NCBI GenBank assembly: GCA_016234345.1
Contig: JACRFG010000078.1
Coordinates: 1-36,413 of the forward strand
Source of the DNA: Candidatus Jorgensenbacteria bacterium
Lineage (GTDB): Bacteria; Patescibacteriota; Minisyncoccia; UBA6257; GWB1-50-10
DNA: 36,413 nucleotides
Reading direction: 5' to 3'
The stretch's first letter is position 1. Each line of letters opens with the position of its first letter. The notes beneath the pieces are model-generated. The model saw only the letters and a list, made by a program, of their open reading frames with translations, had not been told where the DNA came from and made no database searches. Both the position numbers and the translations under genes were made by a program. Below, one piece after another: positions 1 through 8,242 of this stretch.

Positions 1-2235
1 AATCCGCGTTCGACGGTGGCTACAATTACCGAGATTTATGATTATCTTCGTGTGTTATTTGCCAGAGCCGGCACGCCGTATTGCCCTCGCTGCGGCAAAG
101 AGATCAAAAAACGTACCAGTGAAGAAATTGTCGATATTGTTATAGAACTTACCAAGTCTTCGAAAAAAGACGGTAACACAGTTATTTTGGCACCAGCGGT
201 TCGTGGACGAAAAGGGGAATATTACCAGTTGCTCTATGATTTTTTGAATGCCGGATTCAGTGAGGTTAGAATCGACAATGTGTTTTATTCGCTACGCGAT
301 CGCATCGAACTTAGCCGTTATAAGCAGCATACGATTGAACTTGTGGTTGATCGAATGCCCACTGGGATAGATTTCACTAATAAAGATCATCGCTTGCGTT
401 TGGCCGAAGCGGTAGAGACGGGGTTGAAGTACGGCAATGATGTGGTTACGATCATCACCGACGAAGAAACTTCTCTTTCGGCAAAATTCACCTGTCCGAC
501 CGACGGATTTTCTTTTCCGGAAATAGAGCCGCGTCTTTTTTCATTCAACAGTCCTTATGGAGCGTGTCCGGCTTGCCACGGCTTGGGTACCGAAAACATC
601 TGGTCCGAAAAGCCGTGCCCTTCATGTTTGGGGAAGCGATTGAAAGAAGAGGCGTTGAATGTTTTGGTTGCACAGAAAAACATCGCAAGCGTTGTTGGGT
701 TTTCTATCGAAGAAGCGCATAAATTCTTAAAGAAAGTCAGTGTTCATGGAGATGCCACTTTTAAGGAAGTGGTTGAGCTTCCTCTTCGTGAAATATTAAG
801 CCGCCTCCAATTTTTAATAGACGTTGGCCTTGAATATTTGACGCTTGATCGGAGAGCCGGAACGCTTTCCGGTGGCGAAGCACAACGGATTAGGTTGGCA
901 TCACAGATAGGCTCAAGACTTACCGGCACTCTTTATATTTTGGATGAGCCGACAATCGGTCTTCATCAGCACGATAACGCCAAGCTTATTACAACGCTAC
1001 ATAATTTACGCGATCTTGGTAACACCGTCATAATCGTTGAGCATGATGAGGAGACGATTCGCTCCTCCGATTATTTGGTTGATATTGGGCCGGGTGCTGG
1101 TATCCATGGCGGTCGTGTTGTAGCCGAAGGATCGGTTCCGGCTATATTTAAAGACACAAAACAGGAATCCTTAACTTTAGAGTATTTAAAGGGTAAAAAA
1201 TTTATTGAGGTTCCTAAAAAAAGACGAAGTGTTACTAAAGATCATGATTATTTAAAAATAAGAGGCGCGACCGAAAATAATCTGCAAAAAATAGATGTCG
1301 ATATTCCGCTCAGGCGATTTACAGCCGTGACCGGGCTTTCGGGTTCTGGAAAAAGTACGCTTGTATATGACGTGCTTTATAAGAAATTGGCTAATACATT
1401 TAACGCAGCTAATTATAAAGTCGGTACCCACAAAGCTATTTTAGGCCTCGAGTACATTAATCGAGTGGTTAATGTTGATCAGTCTCCGATAGGCCGAACG
1501 CCGCGTTCTAATCCCGCTACATACGTTGGCGCTTGGACTTTTATACGCGATCTTTTTGCGGCCACCGAAGATGCACGCGTCAGAGGTTGGAAACCGGGTC
1601 GTTTTAGCTTTAACGTGCGTGGTGGTCGGTGCGAAAACTGTGAAGGGCACGGCACCATTGCCATCGAAATGCATTTTTTACCGACCGTTTACGTTACATG
1701 TGATGTATGCAAGGGCAAACGTTTTGATCGCGAAACTCTTGAGGTTGAGTACAAAGATAAAAATATTTATGATGTTCTTCAGATGACGGTTGAGGAAGCA
1801 ACCGAATTTTTTGATGATATTCCTTGGCTTCATGACCGTTTACGCATTCTCGAAGAAGTTGGTTTGGGGTATCTGACTCTCGGTCAATCAGCCACAACTC
1901 TTTCGGGAGGAGAGGCGCAGCGCATCAAGTTGACCGCCGAACTAGGCAAACGCGATACACGAAAAACGATTTATCTTCTTGACGAGCCGACTACCGGTCT
2001 TCATTTTGCCGATGTTAAAAATCTTTTGAATGTGTTGCAACGGTTGGTGGATCGGGGGAATACGGTCGTGGTTATCGAACACAATTTAGATGTTATTAAA
2101 TGCGCCGATTGGGTAATCGATCTGGGACCAGAAGGAGGTGAACGCGGCGGAGAAGTGGTAGGGGTTGGCACTCCCGAAGATATAGCAAGAAAAGCCCGCA
2201 GTTTTACTGGTAAATACCTTAAAAAAGTATTATAA
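1..2235 (+). CDS. uvrA: Excinuclease ABC subunit A (UvrA), 5' end cut by window edge
   Basis: Frame 1 is open from nt 1 (NPRSTVATITEIYDYLRVLFAR...), so the GTG at 16 in the ORF track is internal. There are two ABC modules. The first has signature LSGGEAQRIRLA and Walker B LYILDEPTIGLH. The second has Walker A GLSGSGKST, signature LSGGEAQRIKL and IYLLDEPTTGLH. A C-terminal Zn module reads CENCEGHG...CDVCKGKRF. Confidence 0.95.
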   Translation, partial: NPRSTVATITEIYDYLRVLFARAGTPYCPRCGKEIKKRTSEEIVDIVIELTKSSKKDGNTVILAPAVRGRKGEYYQLLYDFLNAGFSEVRIDNVFYSLRDRIELSRYKQHTIELVVDRMPTGIDFTNKDHRLRLAEAVETGLKYGNDVVTIITDEETSLSAKFTCPTDGFSFPEIEPRLFSFNSPYGACPACHGLGTENIWSEKPCPSCLGKRLKEEALNVLVAQKNIASVVGFSIEEAHKFLKKVSVHGDATFKEVVELPLREILSRLQFLIDVGLEYLTLDRRAGTLSGGEAQRIRLASQIGSRLTGTLYILDEPTIGLHQHDNAKLITTLHNLRDLGNTVIIVEHDEETIRSSDYLVDIGPGAGIHGGRVVAEGSVPAIFKDTKQESLTLEYLKGKKFIEVPKKRRSVTKDHDYLKIRGATENNLQKIDVDIPLRRFTAVTGLSGSGKSTLVYDVLYKKLANTFNAANYKVGTHKAILGLEYINRVVNVDQSPIGRTPRSNPATYVGAWTFIRDLFAATEDARVRGWKPGRFSFNVRGGRCENCEGHGTIAIEMHFLPTVYVTCDVCKGKRFDRETLEVEYKDKNIYDVLQMTVEEATEFFDDIPWLHDRLRILEEVGLGYLTLGQSATTLSGGEAQRIKLTAELGKRDTRKTIYLLDEPTTGLHFADVKNLLNVLQRLVDRGNTVVVIEHNLDVIKCADWVIDLGPEGGERGGEVVGVGTPEDIARKARSFTGKYLKKVL

Positions 2236-2246
2236 AACTGGTCTAA

Positions 2247-2606
2247 TTGACGATTTATAGTATTGGTAGTACGCTGGGGTTAGTTGGTTTTTTATACATA
2301 ATAAATGGTGCAGCCGTGATTATTGCGAAGAGAACAATTCAGCGGATGTCGGATAAGCGCAAAGAAGAGTTTTTGAAAAAACTCAAGCGACAAAGATTAG
2401 CCAAGACTAATCAACAGAAGATTGTACGAGCGATAATGCTATTTTTGCTTAAAGAGTATATGGGCGGATCCCGTCCTAAAATAATTTTGCCTGAATTACC
2501 CAACAAAGAAGAAAGCCGTGCTATCGTCGAACAGTGTCGAAAAAAGGGGTGGAAAATTAAATTCCACTATGATTATACTGACGGTTATTGGGCAGAAATT
2601 TGGTAG
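2247..2606 (+). CDS. Small hypothetical protein with N-terminal TM helix (119 aa, TTG start)
   Basis: The ORF starts 12 nt after the uvrA stop. It has a hydrophobic N-terminus (IYSIGSTLGLVGFLYIINGAAVIIA) and is followed directly by a strong intrinsic terminator. I recognised no family. Confidence 0.55.
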   Translation: MTIYSIGSTLGLVGFLYIINGAAVIIAKRTIQRMSDKRKEEFLKKLKRQRLAKTNQQKIVRAIMLFLLKEYMGGSRPKIILPELPNKEESRAIVEQCRKKGWKIKFHYDYTDGYWAEIW

Positions 2607-2637
2607 AGTCCGATTTTACATCGGGCTCTTTTGTTTT
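2605..2637 (+). terminator. Rho-independent terminator after the 119 aa ORF
   Basis: A 10-bp stem pairs agagtccgat (2605-2614) with atcgggctct (2620-2629), with one G-U pair. The loop is tttac and the tail is ttttgttttt. Confidence 0.75.
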
Positions 2638-2690
2638 TGCCGGCAATAACGCCGCGGCCGTTGAAGTTTATGAAAATCCCCCTGAAATTT

Positions 2691-3323
2691 TCAAGGGGAT
2701 TTTAATGAATAGGCGCCGGAAGGTTTTTCCGGCAATTCAAAACAACTATAGCATCGCGGTTCGTAACTTTCTTTGCCGCCGACAAGAACTTGAGGAGAAT
2801 CGTATGGTGCCGGTTTGCCGTCAATGAGTCGTTGGGTAAGATAAGCTACTTCTCCACATTGAGCGCATCGAGAAGCAAGCCAGCGTACGGTGCGGAGGTC
2901 GGGACAAAGGCCGATTAGTTCAAGGGTAGAACCGAATGGTTCGTTCCTGAAATCCAGTGCCAATCCTGATGCAATGACATCGTAACCCCGTTCGAGTAAG
3001 CGATTAACCACCAAGTAGAAATCTCGCGAGAAGAATTGTATTTCGTCAAAGGCGATGACGTCTAATTTACCGCAACATTCTTCTTCTCGTGAGATAAGAT
3101 GGAAGATTTCCCAGGGTGAAGTGGTCGATACTTCAACTGCAGTCATGGTTTTTCCATGAAAATCTTTAATATCACCATGGCCGCTTCTTGTGTCCCAGTC
3201 GGGTTTGGCTACCAGAATCTTTTTTCTGCCGAAATCCCGAAGGACCTCGATTTCGTGCATAAGCGTGCCGGTTTTATTGGCAAACATATTGCCAATCAAA
3301 AGGAATAAATTACCGCGTTTCAT
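2691..3323 (-). CDS. tdk: Thymidine kinase
   Basis: It has a TK1-type layout: a P-loop-like GNMFANKT, the motif DVIAFDEIQFF (canonical DEAQFF), and a C-terminal Zn-binding lasso with CAQCGE...CYSC. At 210 aa the length is typical. Confidence 0.85.
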   Translation of the reverse strand: MKRGNLFLLIGNMFANKTGTLMHEIEVLRDFGRKKILVAKPDWDTRSGHGDIKDFHGKTMTAVEVSTTSPWEIFHLISREEECCGKLDVIAFDEIQFFSRDFYLVVNRLLERGYDVIASGLALDFRNEPFGSTLELIGLCPDLRTVRWLASRCAQCGEVAYLTQRLIDGKPAPYDSPQVLVGGKESYEPRCYSCFELPEKPSGAYSLKSP

Positions 3324-3440
3324 TGTCTGTTCCAGTCTGATATTAGTAATGTGCGAGCTTTGCTAATCTAAGCAGATAGGATTGGTAAGTCAAGCAATTT
3401 ATTATTCACAAGTATATAATTCGCAGGTACATTTAGAGTA

Positions 3441-4646
3441 ATGAAAAATATTTACCAAAATCTTCCTCAAACCCCTGGCGTCTATCTTATGAAAGATGGA
3501 ACAGGGAAAATACTTTATATCGGTAAGGCCGTTAATTTGAGGCGGCGAGTATCGAGTTATTTTACGAGACCCCATGATATGCGTATTGAACGGATGGTTG
3601 AGAGGGTTAAGAGCATTGGTTTTCAAAGAACCGATTCCGCCCTTGAGGCGCTTATATTGGAGTCCAAGCTTATTAAAAAACATCAGCCACAATTCAATAT
3701 ACGAGAAAAGGACGACAAGAGTTTTCTTTACGTTGAAATAACTAATGATGAATTTCCCAGAGTTTTTTTAGTGCGAGGTAAAAATAAATCAATGCGAGGA
3801 ACTAAACGTTTCGGGCCGTTTATTTCAGCTTCGAGTATACGTGAAGCCTTGAGAATCATACGTAAGATATTTCCCTGGTCGATACATGACCCGAAAGATT
3901 TAGGCGCATTCAAGCGGCCTTGTTTTGATTATGAGATCGGTTTGTGTCCGGGAACATGCATTGGTAAAGCTGGGCGCAGAGAATACATGCAAAACATTAA
4001 ACACCTCCGCCTTTTCTTCGAAGGCAGAAAAGATGAGATTGTAAAGCAATTGCGTAAAGTAATGGCTTTAGTCAGTCGAGAGTTGAAATTTGAAGAGGCG
4101 CTCAAATTTCGCCGGCAGATATTCGCTCTTCAACACATTCAGGACATAGCGCTTATAAGCGATGAAAGTGCGGAAGATGCTGGAGTAACTTCAGTTAATA
4201 AAAGATATAGGATAGAGGGTTATGACATATCAAATATTTCGGGCACTTCTGCGGTTGGTGCAATGGTTGTTTTTGTGGGCGGTAAAGCAGATAAAAACCA
4301 GTACCGAAAATTTAAGATTTATACAATTGATCAGCCGAATGACGTGGGTATGCTTCGAGAGGTAATTACGAGACGCATAGAACACGAGGAGTGGCCAGTA
4401 CCGGACCTTGTTTTAATCGACGGCGGTAAGGCGCAGGTTAATGCGGTAGATAAAGTTTTTGAAAGTGCGGGCCTCAAAATTCCTGTGGTGGGAATCGCAA
4501 AAGGTCCGGAACGTAAGAAAAACGAGTTTATTGGTGTAGTTCCTGAACATATCAATCCGGGACTTTTAATAAAAATACGCGATGAAGCTCATCGATTCGC
4601 GATTCAATATCATAAAGCAGTAAGACGAAAAGCTTTTGTAAATTAA
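3441..4646 (+). CDS. uvrC: Excinuclease ABC subunit C (UvrC), short 401 aa form
   Basis: The GIY-YIG domain reads PGVYLMKDGTGKILYIGKAVNLRRRVSSYF. It is followed by CFDYEIGLCPGTCIG, a UVR domain (LKFEEALKFRRQIFALQHI), and the RNase H-like endonuclease region (RIEGYDISNISGTSAVGAMVVF, LIDGGKAQVNA, IRDEAHRFAIQYHKAVRRK). The ORF stops right after this region. Confidence 0.9.
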   Translation: MKNIYQNLPQTPGVYLMKDGTGKILYIGKAVNLRRRVSSYFTRPHDMRIERMVERVKSIGFQRTDSALEALILESKLIKKHQPQFNIREKDDKSFLYVEITNDEFPRVFLVRGKNKSMRGTKRFGPFISASSIREALRIIRKIFPWSIHDPKDLGAFKRPCFDYEIGLCPGTCIGKAGRREYMQNIKHLRLFFEGRKDEIVKQLRKVMALVSRELKFEEALKFRRQIFALQHIQDIALISDESAEDAGVTSVNKRYRIEGYDISNISGTSAVGAMVVFVGGKADKNQYRKFKIYTIDQPNDVGMLREVITRRIEHEEWPVPDLVLIDGGKAQVNAVDKVFESAGLKIPVVGIAKGPERKKNEFIGVVPEHINPGLLIKIRDEAHRFAIQYHKAVRRKAFVN

Positions 4647-4680
4647 TACCGCCGAGTCTTTAAGGACCAGGCGGTATTTT
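4647..4680. terminator. Hairpin between convergent uvrC and the 141 aa ORF (possible bidirectional terminator)
   Basis: The stem pairs taccgcc (4647-4653) with ggcggta (4670-4676) around a 16-nt loop. The + strand continues with tttt. It sits exactly between two convergent stop codons. Confidence 0.5.
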
Positions 4681-4682
4681 AT

Positions 4683-5108
4683 TCAAGTCGTGACTTCTTC
4701 CGATTCTTCCTCGGAAGTTAGCACATCAAGCACGGCCATGGTTTCGTTTATAACCGTCATTTTGTCTTTTTGTTCGAGGAATTTGAAGGTTTTACCGATT
4801 TCGATTTTAAGTCGTTTGGCTATACTTGTTCTTAATGTTTGGTTCGTGCCCTCGGTTGCTTCGATAATTCTATTTACCATACTCGTGAGATCGTGGCCGA
4901 GGATAGCATAATTTTTACCTTTGATGTGTCCGGCGTCTTCTTCTATAAACCTACCGACAGCTTCTTGAATCATATTGCTTATTTCTTCACCTGTTTTTTC
5001 GTCCGGATTTCTGCTTTCCCTTTCCGTTTTTAAGAATTCAAAAATGCGGAGCGGTTTATTTTCTTCTTTCTCCGGCGGGGGTACGAAAAACCGTCCTTCT
5101 TTTATCAT
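4683..5108 (-). CDS. Hypothetical acidic protein (141 aa)
   Basis: This is the only long ORF in the interval. On its strand the start codon is preceded by TGGTATAAT and a 6-nt spacer. I recognised no family. Confidence 0.6.
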   Translation of the reverse strand: MIKEGRFFVPPPEKEENKPLRIFEFLKTERESRNPDEKTGEEISNMIQEAVGRFIEEDAGHIKGKNYAILGHDLTSMVNRIIEATEGTNQTLRTSIAKRLKIEIGKTFKFLEQKDKMTVINETMAVLDVLTSEEESEEVTT

Positions 5109-5114
5109 AGTAAC

Positions 5115-5123
5115 ATTATACCA
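5115..5123 (-). promoter_or_regulatory. Extended -10 box (TGGTATAAT) 6 nt upstream of the ATG at 5108
   Basis: The + strand attatacca (5115-5123) reverse-complements to tggtataat. The spacer gttact is followed by ATG, and no Shine-Dalgarno sequence lies between them. Confidence 0.5.
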
Positions 5124-5181
5124 TAGTTATCCGATTTTGATCAATATTGTTTTAATAACAACTATTTTGCTTTGTTTCAGG

Positions 5182-5187
5182 TATAAT
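5182..5187 (+). promoter_or_regulatory. -10 box TATAAT 6 nt upstream of the ATG at 5194
   Basis: The sequence reads caggTATAATttaactATG with no SD. This supports 5194 as the true start of the FAD oxidase gene. Confidence 0.45.
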
Positions 5188-5193
5188 TTAACT

Positions 5194-6864
5194 ATGATAA
5201 TTGAAGCAATCAAAAAATTTCTCCATGGAGATGTTTTGACTGACGAAACTACGCTCCAAAAGTATAGTCATGATACCAGTCTTTTTGAAATCAAGCCTGA
5301 AGCAGTCGTATTTCCCAAAGACAGTAGCGATATTAAGGGTCTTGTGCGATTTGTGCGTGAACGGCGGGCGATTGATTCTTCAGAGAAAATTTATCTTACG
5401 CCGCGATCAGCTGGTAGTGATATGACCGGGGGGCCTTTGGGTGAGTCCCTCGTACTCGATTTTACCAAGTACTTTAATCATATTCTCGAAATTGGCGATT
5501 TATTAAACAGTTCCGGCGGAGAGTCTGAGGGTTATGCGTTGGTTGAGCCAGGTGTTTTTTATAGGGATTTTGACCGTGCAACTAGAGAGAAAGATTATTT
5601 TATGCCTTCGTATCCGGCATCTCGTGAACTTTGTGCGGTGGGAGGAATGACGGCTAATGACGCCGGAGGTGAGAAGACCTTAGCTTACGGCAAAACACAT
5701 GATTATGTAATGCAGCTCAAGGTTGTTTTGTCGGATGGCGAGGAATGTGTATTGAAACCGCTTACAAAGAAAGAATTAGAAGAGAAGATGCAATCCAGAA
5801 ATTTTGAAGGCGAGACATATCGAAAAATGTATGATCTACTCGAGAGAAATTACGATACGGTGAAAGCAGCCAAACCTCGTGTTTCTAAGAATTCGGCTGG
5901 CTATAATTTGTGGGATGTGTGGGATCGGCAAACATTCGATTTAACTAAGCTATTTGTCGGTTCTCAAGGTACGCTTGGCATAATTACTGAAATTAAGTTC
6001 CGTCTTGTACGGCCTAAAAAACATTCCGCACTTCTTATTATTTTCTTAAAAGATATGGCAAGTCTTGCGAAAGTCGTGCTAAAGGTATTAACCCATAAGC
6101 CGGAAAGTTTTGAATCTTATGACGATCATACATTAAAAATCGCGGTTAGATATTTTACTGATATGTTAAAAATCATGGGTGCGCGTAATGTGTTCTCGCT
6201 CGCTTTACAGTTTCTGCCAGAATTTTTTATGATGTTATCTGGAGGTGTTCCTAAACTCATTCTTGAAGCCGAGTTTACCGGTGATTCGGAAGAAGAGATA
6301 TATAAGAAAGCACGCGCAGCGGAAAAAGATCTTTATAAATCCGGCGTAAAAACGCGAATTGCGAAAGACGACCGTGAAGAACAAAAATATTGGACGATTC
6401 GTAGAGAAAGTTTCAATCTTCTCCGTCATCATGTTCATGGCAAGCAAACAGCGCCATTTATAGATGACATTGTTGTGCGTCCGGAGTTGTTGCCGGAATT
6501 TCTGCCTAAGTTAAATGCCATTATGAACCAATACGATCTTACATATACTATTGCCGGCCACATCGGTAATGGTAATTTTCATATAATTCCTTTAATGAAT
6601 CTTAAGGATCAGCAATCAAAGAAAATAATACTTGAGCTTTCAGAAAAGGTTTATCAACTTGTCATAGAATTTCAAGGTTCTATAGACGGAGAGCATAATG
6701 ACGGCTTGATACGGAGTCCGTACTTAGAGAAAATGTTCGGTAAAGAAGTGTATAAACTTTTTGAAGAAACCAAGCAGATATTCGATCCATTGAATATATT
6801 CAATCCGGGCAAGAAAGTTCACTCCGACCTCGCGTACGCGCTCGCACATCTCAAGCGGGAATAA
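5194..6864 (+). CDS. FAD-binding oxidoreductase (GlcD / D-lactate dehydrogenase-like, FAD_binding_4 + FAD-oxidase_C)
   Basis: The N-terminal PCMH-type FAD domain reads VVFPKDSSDIKGLVRFV...TPRSAGSDMTGGPL...ALVEPGVFYRDF...CAVGGMTANDAGGEKTLAYGKTHDYV. The C-terminal region reads HIGNGNFHIIP...GSIDGEHNDGLIRSPY...FDPLNIFNPGK. I trimmed the ORF-track start (4975) to the in-frame ATG at 5194, because the extension overlaps the divergent gene and its promoter. Confidence 0.88.
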   Translation: MIIEAIKKFLHGDVLTDETTLQKYSHDTSLFEIKPEAVVFPKDSSDIKGLVRFVRERRAIDSSEKIYLTPRSAGSDMTGGPLGESLVLDFTKYFNHILEIGDLLNSSGGESEGYALVEPGVFYRDFDRATREKDYFMPSYPASRELCAVGGMTANDAGGEKTLAYGKTHDYVMQLKVVLSDGEECVLKPLTKKELEEKMQSRNFEGETYRKMYDLLERNYDTVKAAKPRVSKNSAGYNLWDVWDRQTFDLTKLFVGSQGTLGIITEIKFRLVRPKKHSALLIIFLKDMASLAKVVLKVLTHKPESFESYDDHTLKIAVRYFTDMLKIMGARNVFSLALQFLPEFFMMLSGGVPKLILEAEFTGDSEEEIYKKARAAEKDLYKSGVKTRIAKDDREEQKYWTIRRESFNLLRHHVHGKQTAPFIDDIVVRPELLPEFLPKLNAIMNQYDLTYTIAGHIGNGNFHIIPLMNLKDQQSKKIILELSEKVYQLVIEFQGSIDGEHNDGLIRSPYLEKMFGKEVYKLFEETKQIFDPLNIFNPGKKVHSDLAYALAHLKRE

Positions 6865-6920
6865 TAAAAAAGTTTATTTAGTATAGGATAAGAATATAAG
6901 CATTGCTGTTTTTCGATTGT

Positions 6921-6972
6921 CTCAAAAATCACGCACCCGCCTTTCGGCAGGCAGGTATGCGTGAAAATTGAG
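6921..6972. repeat. GC-rich imperfect palindromic element, copy 1
   Basis: The sequence is ctcaaaaatcacgcacccgcctttcggcaggcaggtatgcgtgaaaattgag. Its flanks match copy 2 in direct orientation. Its core is the reverse complement of the copy 2 core. Confidence 0.7.
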
Positions 6973-7094
6973 GCGGCGTCGCGAACTTAAGATTTGTTTT
7001 AATCAAATTTATTGACGTGTTTACTATCTACGTGCTACTTTATTCTTAGCTTATTTTACTCAATAAACTCACATCTCTAGGAAAGGAGATAGTC

Positions 7095-7811
7095 TTGAAA
7101 AAGGTTGGTTTTCTTATATTTTTAGGTGTTTGTGTTTTGGCTTGGGTATTTTTTAGACACGGTTTTCCCGAATTCGCTCTTTGGACGCTTTTTGTGTTCG
7201 GCACGTTTTGGTTCTGGACGCTTGCTGTTATTGCAACAATCATCATTATCGCGTGCATTGATCACAACGAAAATTTCACAGGCGCGACCGCATCTCTTGT
7301 AATTGCTCTTTTACTTCTGCAGTTTTTGGGAGACGTAAAAGTATTCAGTTATGTCCTTGAGCAGCCGTTCATGGGTTTGATCTACTTTGTTATGTATCTC
7401 GGCGCTGGAACGGCTTGGTCGATCATTAAATGGTGGCGTTTTGTAGGAAAGCGTAAGAGTGAATACGATCGAGCGAAAGCAGAATTCTTAACTCGGCACA
7501 AAGTTGAGGGCAATGCCATTCCTAATGTTTTAAAATCAGAATGGCGCGATCGTTGCCGACATGAGTCATATGCTGAAGCACCGCAAGCTAGACAGCACAA
7601 AGGCAAGATCGTCGGGTGGATGTGCTATTGGCCGTGGAGTCTCTTTTGGACCCTTTTGGATGATCCGATCAAAAAGATTCTCCAGACGATCTATCAGTGG
7701 CTTCAGGGAATCTACCAGGCAATTTCTATTAGAGCTTATCGTGACGTGGCAGAAGATTTTGCCGTACCCGTCGAACCACCTAATGAAGAAAAATCCAAGA
7801 ATCGAAATTAA
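7095..7811 (+). CDS. Hypothetical polytopic membrane protein (238 aa, TTG start)
   Basis: A strong SD (aggaaaggaga) lies 6-7 nt upstream of the TTG. There are at least four hydrophobic helices, including FLIFLGVCVLAWVFF, LWTLFVFGTFWFWTLAVIATIIIIACI, SLVIALLLLQFLG and LIYFVMYLGAGTAWSII. Confidence 0.65.
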   Translation: MKKVGFLIFLGVCVLAWVFFRHGFPEFALWTLFVFGTFWFWTLAVIATIIIIACIDHNENFTGATASLVIALLLLQFLGDVKVFSYVLEQPFMGLIYFVMYLGAGTAWSIIKWWRFVGKRKSEYDRAKAEFLTRHKVEGNAIPNVLKSEWRDRCRHESYAEAPQARQHKGKIVGWMCYWPWSLFWTLLDDPIKKILQTIYQWLQGIYQAISIRAYRDVAEDFAVPVEPPNEEKSKNRN

Positions 7812-7837
7812 CTTCTAAGCAAGAAAGGTAATTTGCT

Positions 7838-8161
7838 GTGGAAGCAGATGAAGGGAAAACCAGAATAAGTATTCCTGATGATGATGCAGTAAACTGGATT
7901 AAAATATTCCAGGAAATCGGGATGAATTCCGAAGAGATCGATACTGCAATGATCAGGTTGAATGATACCTACGCAAAAATGAAGATCGGTAAGTACGTTG
8001 ATGATGAGGTGGCTAGGCTTATAGCCGAACTGCAGCGATCTACCGGAAAACAGACCACCGAAGAACAGTTTGTTGTGGCATATAATATGGTATTTGAGAG
8101 ATTGCGAAAGATTAAACTAAGCGATCTCGAACGGGGGATAAGGTATTTGAATGAAAATTAG
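7838..8161 (+). CDS. Hypothetical soluble protein (107 aa, GTG start)
   Basis: The ORF has a purine-rich aagaaagg upstream and is followed by a strong terminator. No family was recognised. Confidence 0.55.
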   Translation: MEADEGKTRISIPDDDAVNWIKIFQEIGMNSEEIDTAMIRLNDTYAKMKIGKYVDDEVARLIAELQRSTGKQTTEEQFVVAYNMVFERLRKIKLSDLERGIRYLNEN

Positions 8162-8169
8162 TTATTCAG

Positions 8170-8200
8170 AAACGGCTGCTTATAGCAGCCGTTTTGCTTT
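8170..8200 (+). terminator. Rho-independent terminator after the 107 aa ORF
   Basis: A perfect 10-bp stem pairs aaacggctgc (8170-8179) with gcagccgttt (8185-8194). The loop is ttata and a T-rich tail follows. Confidence 0.8.
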
Positions 8201-8242
8201 TCGCTTTGAGTTATCTTGTGTTTTGTCTTGGTTTGTGCATTC

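Noticed and set aside
2588-2827. The 79 aa + strand ORF downstream of the 119 aa gene.
   Set aside because: It starts inside the terminator hairpin and runs antisense to the 3' end of tdk. It has no start context and is a shadow ORF.
3402-3692. The 96 aa minus-strand ORF overlapping the uvrC start, together with the 744..929, 1441..1897, 9368..9610, 10433..10759, 13311..13583 and similar ORFs inside uvrA, the P-type ATPase, secD and secF.
   Set aside because: They are antisense or alternative-frame ORFs inside genes with unambiguous conserved-domain translations.
4975-5193. The N-terminal 73-codon extension of the FAD oxidase ORF given in the track (start 4975).
   Set aside because: It overlaps the divergent 141 aa gene (4683-5108) and both promoters, and it encodes low-complexity hydrophobic junk. 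The conserved FAD-domain sequence begins at the ATG at 5194, which has TATAAT 6 nt upstream.
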